A stretch of DNA of 64,000 nt. Origin: Chrysiogenia bacterium. GTDB lineage: Bacteria > Acidobacteriota > Aminicenantia > UBA2199. Position numbers and translations under genes: made by a program. Under the pieces are notes generated by a model. The model did not search any database and had not been told where the DNA came from. It was given only the letters and a program-made list of their open reading frames with translations. The DNA is taken from positions 315,419 to 379,418 of the forward strand of contig JBDRQC010000004.1 of NCBI GenBank assembly GCA_043826505.1, given 5' to 3'. How positions within the stretch are numbered: position 1 is the stretch's first letter; every line of letters starts with the position of its first letter. This document shows, piece after piece, positions 1-10,034 of the stretch.

Positions 1-298
1 AGTAAAGATCAGTGAATCCTACCGCAATATGAAGGTCATCCTTGACAAACACCCCGACGTGCTGGCCAAAGCCGAACAGGCCGTGGCCATGGCCGGGCTG
101 AAACCCGAACGCGCCAGCATCCGCGGCGGCACCGACGGGGCCCGGCTCAGCTTCATGGGCCTGCCTACCCCCAACCTGTTCACCGGCGGCCACAACTTCC
201 ACTCCAAGCAGGAATGGATCGCCCTCGAGGACATGAAAAAGGCCTCGGAGGTGATCGTCAATTTGATGAAGCTATGGGCCGCAGAAAAGAAAACGTAG
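1..298 (+). CDS. pepT: Peptidase T (tripeptide aminopeptidase), 3' part; truncated by window edge
   Basis: C-terminal signature IRGGTDGARLSFMGLPTPNLFTGGHNFHS typical of PepT (M20B). Confidence 0.93.
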   Translation, partial: VKISESYRNMKVILDKHPDVLAKAEQAVAMAGLKPERASIRGGTDGARLSFMGLPTPNLFTGGHNFHSKQEWIALEDMKKASEVIVNLMKLWAAEKKT

Positions 299-343
299 CA
301 ACAGCGCTCCCTCAATCCCGATTTTCTTGAAAGAACAATAAAA

Positions 344-1990
344 TCAGAACATGCCGCTGATGTTGCCCTCGGCGTCTATGTCGATGCTTTCGGCGGCTGG
401 GTTGCGGGGCAGGCCCGGCATGAGCATGATCTCGCCGCATACCGCCACCACGAAGCCGGCCCCGGCCGCCAGGAAGACCCGGTCCACGTCCACGTCGAAA
501 TTTATGGGCCGGCCCAGGGCCTTGGGATCATCAGAAAGTGAGTTGGGGGTTTTGGCGATGATCACATGCAGCTGGTTATAGCCGAGATCGTTGAGCAATT
601 CTATATCCTTGCGCGCCTGGCGGGTGTAATTGATGCGGGCGGCGCCGTACATTTGGGCGGCAATGGTCTCGATCTTGCGGGGAATGGCCCAGCCCGGTTC
701 ATAATTGGGTTTGACCCGCGCCCCCGAACGCGTGGCCTGATCGACTTCCCGGGCCAGGTCCTGGCAGCCGTCTCCGCCCTTGTTAAATGGGTCGCAGACG
801 AAGGCCTTTACCTTCCGGGAAGCGACATGCTTCACGGTGAGTGCTAATTCCTCGGCGTCGTTGTCGGGGAAGTAATTGACGGCCACGATCAGGGGCACAG
901 CGAAGGCCTGCATGTTCTCGATGTGCTTGTCCAGGTTGTCGAAGCCCTTGACCAGGGCCTCCAGGTTCTTTTCGGCGAGGCTGTCCTTGCCGGCGCCGCC
1001 GTGATACTTCAAAGCCCGCAGCGTGGTGACCAGCACCACGGCGTCCACATTGAATTTTCCCGTCTGGCAAACAAAATTCAGGAATTTCTCGCCGCCCAGT
1101 TCCGAGGCGAAGCCGGCTTCGGTGACCGTGACTTCGGCAAGGGCGTGGGCCAGACGTATGGCCTGGATGGAATTTGTGCCGTGAGCGATATTGGCGAAAG
1201 GGCCGCCGTGAATGATGGCCGGCGTGCCTTCCGTGGTCTGCACCAGGTTGGGTTTGATGGCATCCTTCAGCAGCAGGGCCATGGAGCCCACGGCCTTCAG
1301 GTCGGCGGCAGTGATGGGTTTGCTTTTGGAGGTGTAGCCGATGACCATTTTGGCCAAGCGGTCCTTCAGGTCCTGAAAATCCTCTGCCAAACACAGAACC
1401 GCCATGATCTCCGAGGCTACTGAGATGTTGAAAGCATCCTCGCGGGCGAAGCCGTTCTGCCGGCCGCCCAAACCGATGACGATCTCACGCAAGGCGCGGT
1501 CATTCATGTCGATCACCCGCCGCCAGGCGATGCGCCGCGTGTCGATGGCCAGGCGGTTGCCCTGCTGGATGTGGTTATCGATCATTGCCGCCAGCAGGTT
1601 GTTGGCCGTGGTGACGGCGTGGATATCCCCGGTGAAGTGCAGGTCGATTTCGTCGGAAGGCAGCACCTGGGAGGCGCCGCCGCCGGTAGCCCCGCCTTTC
1701 ATGCCGAAGACCGGCCCCAGGGATGGTTCGCGCAGGGTGACGATGGATTTCACCCCGATGCGGTTCAGGGCCATGGACAGGCCGATGGCAGTGGTGGTCT
1801 TGCCTTCGCCGGCCGGAGTCGGGGTAGTCGCGGTCACCAGCACCTGCCTGCCGCAGCTTTCGCACTTGTCCAGACGCCGGGCCAGCGAAGGTTCCAATTT
1901 GGCTTTGTAGGGCCCGTAATAATACAGTTCCGCTTCGGCAATACCGAAACGGGCGGCCACTTCCTTGATCGCTAACATTTTTTCGGACAT
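344..1990 (-). CDS. fhs: Formate--tetrahydrofolate ligase
   Basis: Motifs TPTPAGEGKTTT, LREPSLGPVFGMKGGATGGG, HGGPFANIAHG; start moved to ATG 1990 behind a GAGGAG SD. Confidence 0.96.
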   Translation of the reverse strand: MSEKMLAIKEVAARFGIAEAELYYYGPYKAKLEPSLARRLDKCESCGRQVLVTATTPTPAGEGKTTTAIGLSMALNRIGVKSIVTLREPSLGPVFGMKGGATGGGASQVLPSDEIDLHFTGDIHAVTTANNLLAAMIDNHIQQGNRLAIDTRRIAWRRVIDMNDRALREIVIGLGGRQNGFAREDAFNISVASEIMAVLCLAEDFQDLKDRLAKMVIGYTSKSKPITAADLKAVGSMALLLKDAIKPNLVQTTEGTPAIIHGGPFANIAHGTNSIQAIRLAHALAEVTVTEAGFASELGGEKFLNFVCQTGKFNVDAVVLVTTLRALKYHGGAGKDSLAEKNLEALVKGFDNLDKHIENMQAFAVPLIVAVNYFPDNDAEELALTVKHVASRKVKAFVCDPFNKGGDGCQDLAREVDQATRSGARVKPNYEPGWAIPRKIETIAAQMYGAARINYTRQARKDIELLNDLGYNQLHVIIAKTPNSLSDDPKALGRPINFDVDVDRVFLAAGAGFVVAVCGEIMLMPGLPRNPAAESIDIDAEGNISGMF

Positions 1991-2060
1991 GGCTGATTTC
2001 TCCTCTTTTATTTTCTCCGGGCGCCCAGTCCTGCAAAACACTCAAGCACCACGATGCCTT

Positions 2061-4232
2061 TCAAGCCGGCAGTTCAATAATGAACCTGGCCCCCTGCGGC
2101 TGGTTGTCGGTAACCGAGATCAGGCCGTTATGCTCCTCGATGATGTTGTGGGCGATGGCCAGGCCCAGGCCGGTGCCGGAACTCTTTTTGGAAAAGTAGG
2201 GCAGGAATACTTTTTGCTTGTCCTCATCGCTGATACCGGGACCACTGTCGGCAATCTCGATGGTGATGAACTTGCTTTCCCCGTTGTAACTGGTGGAAAT
2301 CTCTATCTCGCCTTCCTTGCCGATGATCTCCAGGGCATTGTCCAGGACATTGACCAGCACTCTCTTGATCTGTTCGACATCGAGCTTGACCAGGGCCGGC
2401 AGCTCCACGTCGAGTTTGACCTTGAACTGGACGTTCTGGTAAATGGAAGTGTACACGGTTAGAAGTTTTTCCAGTATTTCATTGATATCGCCCTGGCTGA
2501 ACTTGATCTCGGGCAGACGGGCGAAATTGGCGAATTCCTCGGCCAGGTTTTTTATCGAATCCAACTCCTGGGAAATGATGTTCAGACTGTCCTCGACTAT
2601 GGCGCGGAATTTGTCCGGAGGCTGGTCCAGCGAGCGCAAGATCCTTTGGGAAGAGATCTGGATCGGGGTGAGGGGATTCTTGATCTCGTGGGCGATGCGC
2701 TTGGCCACTTCACGCCACACCAGCATGCGCTGGGCCTTGATCAGTTCGGTCAGATCGGTCAAAACCACCAGCAAGCCAGCGAAACGGTTGTTGATCGGGT
2801 TGCGCAACTGGGTGATCTTGACGGCCAGGTTGATGTACTTGCCCTTCAATCTGAAATCAATATCCTTTTCGATCAGCTTGAAGCGGGTTTCAAAGGCCTT
2901 GCGGATCAACACATGAATGTCCTGGTAAATGGTTTCCGAGATCACGGCCGCGAAATTTTTCCGCGCCACCGCTTCCATGTCCAATGACAGCATGCGCGAG
3001 GCCTCGGGATTGATGGCGATGATCTCGCCGTTGGCGTTCAGGGCCATGACGCCGGAAGTGATGTTTTTCAGGATGGTTTCGGTGATGCTGCGGCGGTGGC
3101 GCAGTTCGATGGTGCGCCGGTTCAGCTTGTCGCGGTTCTCCTTCAGGTCAAAGGCCATGCGGTTGAATTCATTGATCAAGGTGTTGAATTCATCCTTGGC
3201 CTTGTAATCGATGCGTACATCCAGGTTGCCCTTGGCGATCTCAGCAGTGGCCAATACCAGTTTTTCAATCGGCACGGTGATGCCCTTGGCCAGGTAAAAA
3301 CCGAGCCAGGAAGCGGAAAAGATTATCAGGATAGTGATGAACAAAAAAAGCAGGATATAAGTGTTTTTGACCGGATCGCGCAGGACGCGCATCTGGTTGT
3401 GCTTGCTGACCATGCCCGCTAAAGCGTTCAGGCTGCGGGTATAGCTTTCCGGAAAGTATTTCCCGGTGATGATCAGCATCTTGTCACCCTGTTCAATGTC
3501 AAAGGCCACGCCGTTGCGGATCAGTTCGGCGGTCTTCAAAGTATCGATGGTGGTGAAACCGGCCCCGCCCAGGCCGCGGTAGACTATGTTCAACGGCAGG
3601 TTCTTGTATTCCTGAATGGGGATGCGCGGGGAGATAAGGGAAAAGATCTCATTGCGGTTCTTGTAGATGTTGACCACATCAAGCTTGTACTCCAGCATCT
3701 TCTCCTTGAGCTTGTTCTTCAGGAAACTCTTGTTCTCATCGGTGTACATTTTCTTTTGCTGGATCATTACGGCGATCAGCTTAGAAAAATGCTCGAGGTC
3801 CCCGTTGATCTTGCCGTAGTAATTTTTTTTGACATCCTCGACATTGTGCATGATGTTCTCGATGGGGGTCTTGAACCACTGCTCGATACTCTGCGAGATG
3901 ACGTCAGTGGCGAAAATGAAGAGCAGCAGGGTCGGGACAAGGGAAAAGGCAATGAAAAAAAAGACCAGCTTGTTTTTGAAACTGTGCCCGGAGCCGCTCT
4001 GGTTGTTTTCAAGATACATTTTCAGTATATTGCGGGCCAGGATGAAAAGAAAGGTCAGGCCGAAAAGAATGATGATGATCCACAACCCGAAGATCCAGGT
4101 GCTTCCTTTCAGGGCCAGGGGCGAGAAATTCTTGCTTTCCTCAAAATAGAGGCGGATGATGACAAAAACGATAAAAAACAGAACCATGGCAGCCACGATC
4201 AAACGCACGCCCTTGATGTTTTTGCTTTTCAT
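2061..4232 (-). CDS. NtrY-like membrane sensor histidine kinase (TM, HAMP, PAS, HisKA, HATPase)
   Basis: H-box WREVAKRIAHEIKNPLTPIQ, N-box NVLDNA, DSGPG and GTGLGL boxes; NtrY-type N-terminal multi-TM region. Confidence 0.88.
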   Translation of the reverse strand: MKSKNIKGVRLIVAAMVLFFIVFVIIRLYFEESKNFSPLALKGSTWIFGLWIIIILFGLTFLFILARNILKMYLENNQSGSGHSFKNKLVFFFIAFSLVPTLLLFIFATDVISQSIEQWFKTPIENIMHNVEDVKKNYYGKINGDLEHFSKLIAVMIQQKKMYTDENKSFLKNKLKEKMLEYKLDVVNIYKNRNEIFSLISPRIPIQEYKNLPLNIVYRGLGGAGFTTIDTLKTAELIRNGVAFDIEQGDKMLIITGKYFPESYTRSLNALAGMVSKHNQMRVLRDPVKNTYILLFLFITILIIFSASWLGFYLAKGITVPIEKLVLATAEIAKGNLDVRIDYKAKDEFNTLINEFNRMAFDLKENRDKLNRRTIELRHRRSITETILKNITSGVMALNANGEIIAINPEASRMLSLDMEAVARKNFAAVISETIYQDIHVLIRKAFETRFKLIEKDIDFRLKGKYINLAVKITQLRNPINNRFAGLLVVLTDLTELIKAQRMLVWREVAKRIAHEIKNPLTPIQISSQRILRSLDQPPDKFRAIVEDSLNIISQELDSIKNLAEEFANFARLPEIKFSQGDINEILEKLLTVYTSIYQNVQFKVKLDVELPALVKLDVEQIKRVLVNVLDNALEIIGKEGEIEISTSYNGESKFITIEIADSGPGISDEDKQKVFLPYFSKKSSGTGLGLAIAHNIIEEHNGLISVTDNQPQGARFIIELPA

Positions 4233-4351
4233 TCTCTAATTCCTCTGCCGTCGCTGCCCGCTTTAGCCGAAAAACCGGCTGGCAGCCCCATTGTGGTCCG
4301 GCAGCGGCGGATATGTCTTTTCAACTTAACACGATTGCAGCCAAAGGTCAA

Positions 4352-4380
4352 TTGACACGGGCGGCGAAAAGTGATATTGC
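4352..4380 (+). promoter_or_regulatory. Candidate sigma70 promoter for tRNA-Arg
   Basis: TTGACA (4352-4357), 17-bp spacer, TG-n-TATTGC, just upstream of the tRNA. Confidence 0.5.
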
Positions 4381-4389
4381 TGTATTCTT

Positions 4390-4462
4390 GCGCCTGTAGC
4401 TCAAAGGATAGAGCATGGGATTCCTAATCCCAGGGTTGGATGTTCGAGTCATCTCAGGCGCA
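4390..4462 (+). tRNA. tRNA-Arg (anticodon CCT), CCA not encoded
   Basis: Acceptor GCGCCTG/CAGGCGC, D-arm GCTC..GAGC, anticodon stem TGGGA/TCCCA with loop TTCCTAA, T-loop TTCGAGT. Confidence 0.96.
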
Positions 4463-4476
4463 AAATTGAGGTAAAA

Positions 4477-5148
4477 ATGAAAAAAAAGGAAAAAGACCAT
4501 TTGAAGGCCGATCCGTTTCTCAATTTTTTTGAGAAAGCAATAACCTTTTTTTTAAATAACCGCCGGCGCATCCTCGCGGCTGCCGGCATCGCCGTTTTGG
4601 CCATCCTCATTCTGCTGGCCGTGTTTTTTTTCAGGAACCTGAGTTCCGCTGGTGAAAACAGGGTTTATAGCGAAGCTTTCCGTGTCCGCAACGACGCCAA
4701 ACTGAGCCTGGACCAAAAAATCAGCAAGCTCCAGGAAATGAAATTCAAAAAGGGGATCTCGGCTGCGGGAAGGTTGTTCATCGCCACCCTGTATTTTGAA
4801 AAAGGCGACATGCAAAAAGCCGAAGCTGCTCTGAAAGAGTTCCCCACCAGCCGCATCGCCATGCTCAATGATGAAAAGCAAATCCTCACCGCCACCATAC
4901 TGACAGCCGGCGGAAAAATCCAGGAAGCGGAAAGCCTGCTCAAGCGCATGTTGATCGATAAAAAGACAGCCATGGCCAAGGAGCTCATACTGATGCAACT
5001 GGCCAAAATGCAGATCAGGAACAAGCGGCAGGAAGAGGCGGCTGCGGGCTTGAAACGAATCCTATCCGAGTATCCCAACACACCCAGCGCCCAGGAAGCG
5101 CAGACCATTCTATCCTCAATAGAAGGCGAAAATCAGGCTCCCCAGTAA
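4477..5148 (+). CDS. Membrane-anchored TPR protein (YfgM-like)
   Basis: N-terminal KxD.F motif, single TM helix, TPR helices ending ILSEYPNTPSAQEA. Confidence 0.7.
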   Translation: MKKKEKDHLKADPFLNFFEKAITFFLNNRRRILAAAGIAVLAILILLAVFFFRNLSSAGENRVYSEAFRVRNDAKLSLDQKISKLQEMKFKKGISAAGRLFIATLYFEKGDMQKAEAALKEFPTSRIAMLNDEKQILTATILTAGGKIQEAESLLKRMLIDKKTAMAKELILMQLAKMQIRNKRQEEAAAGLKRILSEYPNTPSAQEAQTILSSIEGENQAPQ

Positions 5149-5252
5149 GGACGGTTCTTTATTATTCCGCGCCTTAAATCTCCACGCCGGCCCCCGGCAA
5201 CGATAAACCTTTCCTGTTTACAGCCACTGCAAAGCATGGCATAATGAGAGGC

Positions 5253-6023
5253 ATGCAAGACGAACGCGGCCTCATCGAGGAAGCCCGCTCCCTGGGCGGC
5301 GACTATTTCCTGCTGAAGATCGCCGCCCCCCGCATCGCCGCCGCGGCTAAGCCGGGGAATTTTGTCATGGTGCGCGTTTCTCCCTCCCGCGATCCCCTGC
5401 TGCGCCGTCCGCTGGGCCTCCTGGAAAGCCGGCCACCCTATATCTGGCTGTACTACCAAGTTCTCGGGCACGGCACACGGCTGCTCTCCGGGCTCCGCCC
5501 CGGCGACGGGCTGGACATCCTTGGCCCCCTGGGCAACTCATTTCCTGAACTGCCGGGCAAACGGGTCCTGCTCGTGGCCGGAGGCAGGGGCATTGTCCCC
5601 CTATTCCACTACGCTCGGGTCTATGGCGAGCGCCGGCCGCTGCTCCTGCTGTACGGCGGCCGCAGCCGGGCCGACCTGCCGCTGCTGGAACGCATAAAAA
5701 CCCTGTGCCTGCAAGGGCTGTTCATTTTCAGCGAAGACGGTTCGCTCGGACAAAAGGGGCTGCTGACCGACGGCTTGGAAAAGATCGTGCGCGAGGAGCG
5801 GGCCGACGCCACCATGTCGTGCGGCCCCGAGGCCATGCTGGCCCGTGTGGCCCTGCTGCTTAAATCGCGCGGCCTGGAGAACCGGGCCTCGCTGGAAGCC
5901 CTGATGGGCTGCGGTTTCGGCGCCTGTCACAGCTGCGCGGTCCTGGCCGCAGACGGCGCCTATCGCAAGGTCTGTGACGAAGGTCCCGTCTTTCCACTGG
6001 AGGATATCCAATGGCGGACCTGA
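5253..6023 (+). CDS. pyrK: Dihydroorotate dehydrogenase electron-transfer subunit
   Basis: LLRRP, GPLGN, VAGGRG, and 2Fe-2S motif MGCGFGACHSC...VCDEGPVF; adjacent to pyrD. Confidence 0.92.
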   Translation: MQDERGLIEEARSLGGDYFLLKIAAPRIAAAAKPGNFVMVRVSPSRDPLLRRPLGLLESRPPYIWLYYQVLGHGTRLLSGLRPGDGLDILGPLGNSFPELPGKRVLLVAGGRGIVPLFHYARVYGERRPLLLLYGGRSRADLPLLERIKTLCLQGLFIFSEDGSLGQKGLLTDGLEKIVREERADATMSCGPEAMLARVALLLKSRGLENRASLEALMGCGFGACHSCAVLAADGAYRKVCDEGPVFPLEDIQWRT

Positions 6024-6922
6024 CGGTCGACCTGGGATTCCGCACCCTGAAAAACCCGGTGATCACGGCATCAGGCACCTTCGGCTATGGCGAGGAGTTC
6101 CTGCCGTTCTTTGACCTGGATATCCTCGGTGCCATCATAATGAAGGGTATCTTCAGGGAGTCGCGGCCGGGCAACCCGCCGCCGCGCCTGGTGGAAACTC
6201 CGGCCGGAGTACTGAATTCCATTGGCCTGGCCGGACCCGGGAGCGAGAAACTGCAGGAAATCATCCGCCGCCTGCACACCAGGACCAATACGCCGATCAT
6301 CGTCAATGTCTGCGGAGAAGATGACCGCGAATTCGCGGAGGTGGCCGCCGTCTTCTCGGCCATGGACGAGGTGGCCATGCTGGAACTGAACATCTCCTGC
6401 CCCAACATGAAAAAAGGGGGCGCCTGCCCGGCGCAGGACGCCGGCCACACGGCCCGCCTGGTCCGGCTGGTCAAGCAGGTGGTAGACAAACCATTGATCG
6501 TCAAACTGTCGCCCAATGCCGCTGATATCGTCGAGGTGGCGCAGGCGGCCCAGGATGCCGGTGCTGACGCGCTCTCCCTGGTCAACACCTTCCTCGGCCT
6601 GGCCGTGGACCTGGAAAAGCGCAAGCCCGTGTTCGCCAACGTATACGCCGGGCTCTCGGGACCTGCCGTCAAGCCCTTGGCCCTGCGGCTGGTCCGCGAG
6701 GTATGCCGTCGGTCCTACGTGCCGGTCATCGGCATGGGCGGGATCAGCAGCGGCAGGGATGTCTTGGATTACATCCTGGTGGGTGCGGCCGCCGTGCAAA
6801 TCGGCACGGTCAATTTTTACGAACCGGGCGCGGCCGTGCGCATTATCGGCGAGATCGAAACAGAAATGGATAAATTGCAGATCAAAAATCTTTCCGAGAT
6901 CAGGGGGAAACTGCAGGCATGA
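6011..6922 (+). CDS. pyrD: Dihydroorotate dehydrogenase B catalytic subunit
   Basis: ASGTFGYG, GNPPPR, LNISCPN, GLSGPAVKP, family 1B motifs. Confidence 0.95.
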   Translation: MADLTVDLGFRTLKNPVITASGTFGYGEEFLPFFDLDILGAIIMKGIFRESRPGNPPPRLVETPAGVLNSIGLAGPGSEKLQEIIRRLHTRTNTPIIVNVCGEDDREFAEVAAVFSAMDEVAMLELNISCPNMKKGGACPAQDAGHTARLVRLVKQVVDKPLIVKLSPNAADIVEVAQAAQDAGADALSLVNTFLGLAVDLEKRKPVFANVYAGLSGPAVKPLALRLVREVCRRSYVPVIGMGGISSGRDVLDYILVGAAAVQIGTVNFYEPGAAVRIIGEIETEMDKLQIKNLSEIRGKLQA

Positions 6923-7004
6923 ACAAAACGATCGTCGTCACCAAATCCCCGATCCGGCCGCCGTATTCGCCCGCATTATTTCCGAGATCAATATCGACGG
7001 CTGA
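6919..7004 (+). pseudogene. pyrF: Collapsed remnant of orotidine-5'-phosphate decarboxylase (N-terminal and C-terminal stubs only)
   Basis: ATGA-coupled to the pyrD stop; reads MNKTIVV then, after a frameshift, PDPAAVFARIISEINIDG*, resembling both PyrF termini; canonical pyrK-pyrD-pyrF position. Confidence 0.6.
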
Positions 7005-7120
7005 CGTGTTAAACAGGGTTAAATAGAATTCCATCAGTCTGGTCCTCGGCATTCAAAAAAGGAAGAAGCGCCTGCCGCATATCTTCATTTCATTCTCGGG
7101 ATATGGTATGGATATCCTGA

Positions 7121-8191
7121 ATGGCAAAGCAGACAATTAGCAAAATGAATGCCTCGGATCGCAAGGCCAGCAAACTCATTAAGCATTTCATTGCCCCGAC
7201 CGCTGTTCTTTTGATCATTGTCCTTGTTTTTTTTCGCAGCATTTCCCCTGCCGATATCACAACCAACTTCTTAAAGATCCCCGCCGCCTATTTGATCGCT
7301 TTCATCCTGCTTTCGCTCCTGGGAACCGTGCTGCGAGCCTGGCGCTACCGCATCCTGCTGTCCGGCAAATTGGCATACAAAGATGTCTTCCTGATCACCC
7401 TGGTCAGGAACTTTTCCGTCGATCTCCTTCCGGGGCGCGCCGCTGCCCTGGGCTTTTACACCTGGCTGGCAAAAAAGCGGGGGATCGCCCTTGAAGAAGG
7501 CGCTTCCAGTTTCGTCATTTCCGTTTTTTACGATTCCATCGCCCTGGTGATGATGCTGGGAGGATTGCTTTTCTTTTTGGAAACCGAGATCAGCCGCTGG
7601 CCTTTTTACGCGGGCATGGCCATGCTTTTGTTTTTGTCGATCCTGGTGATTTTTTTCTCGGACCGATTTTTTCGTTTTTTATTAAAAGGAAATACATTGC
7701 GCCGTTTGCATCTGGCCGGGATCGCAGGGACGCTGGGCGCCATCAACGATTACCTGCAGGCCCACGGCAAAAACTCGGAAAGGCTGAAAATTTTTGCCGT
7801 CAGCTTTGCCTTGCGCCTCTGCAAATACTTGTACAATTTCATATTGTTCGAGGGGGTGCTGCACCTGGGAACCGGGCTGAAGAATTTTTCCCTTTTCAGC
7901 TTCGGTCTGGCCGCCACGGAACTTTCAGCGTTGCTCCCCATCCAGGGGCCGGCCGGTTTCGGCACCTGGGAACTGGCCTTCTCTTTTGTTTTTACTGCCC
8001 TGCATATCCCGGCGGCAAATATCAAGGAAGCGGGGATCGTGATCCATATTACCAGCCAGGCATGGGAATATGCGATCGGGCTGCTGGCCCTGGCCTATCT
8101 GGCGTTCAGCGGCAGCACAAGAAAAGCCGCCGCTATTCGGCCAGGGGCTGCTGGCCGACCCACAGGTCCGGATCCCAACCGCAGCCGATAA
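7121..8191 (+). CDS. Lysylphosphatidylglycerol synthase TM-region / flippase-like membrane protein (UPF0104)
   Basis: LRAWRY.ILL, LLPGR, LPIQGPAGFGTWE motifs; about 8 TM helices. Confidence 0.8.
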   Translation: MAKQTISKMNASDRKASKLIKHFIAPTAVLLIIVLVFFRSISPADITTNFLKIPAAYLIAFILLSLLGTVLRAWRYRILLSGKLAYKDVFLITLVRNFSVDLLPGRAAALGFYTWLAKKRGIALEEGASSFVISVFYDSIALVMMLGGLLFFLETEISRWPFYAGMAMLLFLSILVIFFSDRFFRFLLKGNTLRRLHLAGIAGTLGAINDYLQAHGKNSERLKIFAVSFALRLCKYLYNFILFEGVLHLGTGLKNFSLFSFGLAATELSALLPIQGPAGFGTWELAFSFVFTALHIPAANIKEAGIVIHITSQAWEYAIGLLALAYLAFSGSTRKAAAIRPGAAGRPTGPDPNRSR

Positions 8192-9107
8192 AAAAATATC
8201 CGCCCGTGGCGATTTTCCTCACGTGCATGCGCGTGTCGCCCGTGCTGCCGAACATGTGAACAGCGAAGTCTGCAAGGTTCGACCAGTTGAGGCGATACAA
8301 TTCTTCGCCAGGCGGGGCAAGAAGGTCCTGGAGAAATTGACCATTGGCGGCATTGTAAATCCGGTAACGGCTGTGCGGAGACGGCAGCCAGGCCGCCCGG
8401 TCGTCCGCGGCGGCGCAGGGCCGGCAGCTTTGGCCTTGGGAGATCCGTATTCCTTTTTCATTTCCCCCGAACGCTGTGACATAAATATTTGACCCATCGT
8501 CATAAACGACATACCTGCCGCTGCCGGTGATTTCACAATGCTTTTGGACATCCCCGCCTCCATAAGCTATTTTTACAACCGCAGGATCGGACACATTCAC
8601 CAGTATGACATTTTTATCAAGCCCAGGGCCGGCCAGCCAATCCATGCCGCCATCACGATACCAGCTCCATCTCGTTTCCTCGGAACAGTCCATTCGGCTG
8701 TTGATGATGACATGCTTGCGGCCGGATTCATCACAGACATACACCCTGTTATCGAAGCGGTAAACGAATTTTTTGCCGTCGGGAGCCCAGAACGGCCGCG
8801 GCGAAAGTCCGCGCAATTTCCGGCCCACAGCCCCGGCGACCGCCACCCCTGGGACCACTTTTTCAATCCCGGTCGTCAAATCAAGCAAGAACATTTTTGG
8901 CGGGCGGGCGAAAACGACTTTCCCCGGGCGCTTCCCCGAAAACTCGGCCCAGCCGGCCGCCATGACCCGGGCCGGGACATCCGATTCCCTTTCCCGATTG
9001 AATCCGCGCTGAAAATCAGTTCCCGGCAAAAAAAGCCAGGCAATTGCTGCCGCCAAAACAAGCAGCAGCACCGAGACAAGGATTGGATTTGCCGGCTTCA
9101 GTTTCAA
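8133..9107 (-). CDS. Membrane-anchored TolB-like beta-propeller protein (start uncertain)
   Basis: N-terminal TM; PD40-like PFWAPDGKKFVY and DPDLWV; TTG start chosen after TATAAT and AGGA. Confidence 0.6.
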   Translation of the reverse strand: MKLKPANPILVSVLLLVLAAAIAWLFLPGTDFQRGFNRERESDVPARVMAAGWAEFSGKRPGKVVFARPPKMFLLDLTTGIEKVVPGVAVAGAVGRKLRGLSPRPFWAPDGKKFVYRFDNRVYVCDESGRKHVIINSRMDCSEETRWSWYRDGGMDWLAGPGLDKNVILVNVSDPAVVKIAYGGGDVQKHCEITGSGRYVVYDDGSNIYVTAFGGNEKGIRISQGQSCRPCAAADDRAAWLPSPHSRYRIYNAANGQFLQDLLAPPGEELYRLNWSNLADFAVHMFGSTGDTRMHVRKIATGGYFFIGCGWDPDLWVGQQPLAE

Positions 9108-9189
9108 ATTGGGATCCTGGAGTCGATTATATTTCTGCCAAAAAAGCGCTTTTGATCTTCCATGCCGACAGTGCGCCGACATCGCCAAG

Positions 9190-9978
9190 TCAATGCTCCC
9201 CCACCCTGGGCAGCATGTCCTGCAACGACACTTGAGGATGGTGGTAGCGTTCGTAGGCCGGGGTCTTTTTACCGAATTGGATCGACTCCAGCGGGCACCA
9301 CTGGATGCAGGCCAGGCACTGCTCGCAGTGGTGATGCCAGACCGGCTTGCCTTCCTTTAATTCTATGTTTTTTGCCGGGCAAATTTGCACGCAGACAGCG
9401 CAGGAATTGCAATTGTCATCACTCCAGAAATCCTTGTCCATTTTATGGACCTGTTTGAATGTCATTTTATAGATCGCGGTAAAAACGATCCTTTGCCACA
9501 ACGGGCCCTTTTCGATGGGACCATCCCGGCCGCCGGCGATACAGGCCGCGGCTTCAGATATTTTAACTTGGGCATTTTCAAACCGGCTCTTTTGGCGCTC
9601 GGCTGGACCCGGACCGCCCCAGGGAATATAATTGCTGGGCAAGACAATGCTGAAGCCGGCGGCCAGCTTCAAGCCGCGCCCGGCCATCATTCTGCGCAAT
9701 TGGATCAGGGTGCGTGAAACCTGGCCGGCGTTGACAGCCAGGGCAAACAAGTAGACCCGCGGCCGCAATGACAGTTTTTCAATGAATTGAACGACCGGCA
9801 CCGGAATACCCCATACGTGGACCGGAAAAACGAAACCCACTGCTTCGGCGTCACCGGTTGCCAGGGCATCGGCTTTTTTCATCGGACGCAGACTGACATC
9901 AGCCAATCCTTGCGCCAGCAGCCGCGCCGACCACAGCGAATTGCCTGTCCCCGTGTAGTAAAAAATGACTGTTTTCAC
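9190..9978 (-). CDS. EFR1-family flavodoxin-ferredoxin fusion
   Basis: YYTGTGNS flavodoxin loop; two CxxCxxCxxxCP 4Fe-4S motifs; C-terminal RYHHP. Confidence 0.88.
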   Translation of the reverse strand: MKTVIFYYTGTGNSLWSARLLAQGLADVSLRPMKKADALATGDAEAVGFVFPVHVWGIPVPVVQFIEKLSLRPRVYLFALAVNAGQVSRTLIQLRRMMAGRGLKLAAGFSIVLPSNYIPWGGPGPAERQKSRFENAQVKISEAAACIAGGRDGPIEKGPLWQRIVFTAIYKMTFKQVHKMDKDFWSDDNCNSCAVCVQICPAKNIELKEGKPVWHHHCEQCLACIQWCPLESIQFGKKTPAYERYHHPQVSLQDMLPRVGEH

Positions 9979-10034
9979 TTTTCTGACCTCTGATTGAAAT
10001 CATTCTATGAAAAAATCCCCGAAGTTTCAAGAAG

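Noticed and set aside
344-1990. fhs as evidence of a Wood-Ljungdahl pathway
   Set aside because: fhs alone is common in one-carbon metabolism; no acs/cdh genes in the window
4390-4480. tRNA-Arg as an island integration site
   Set aside because: No integrase follows, and I found no duplicated tRNA 3' end in the window
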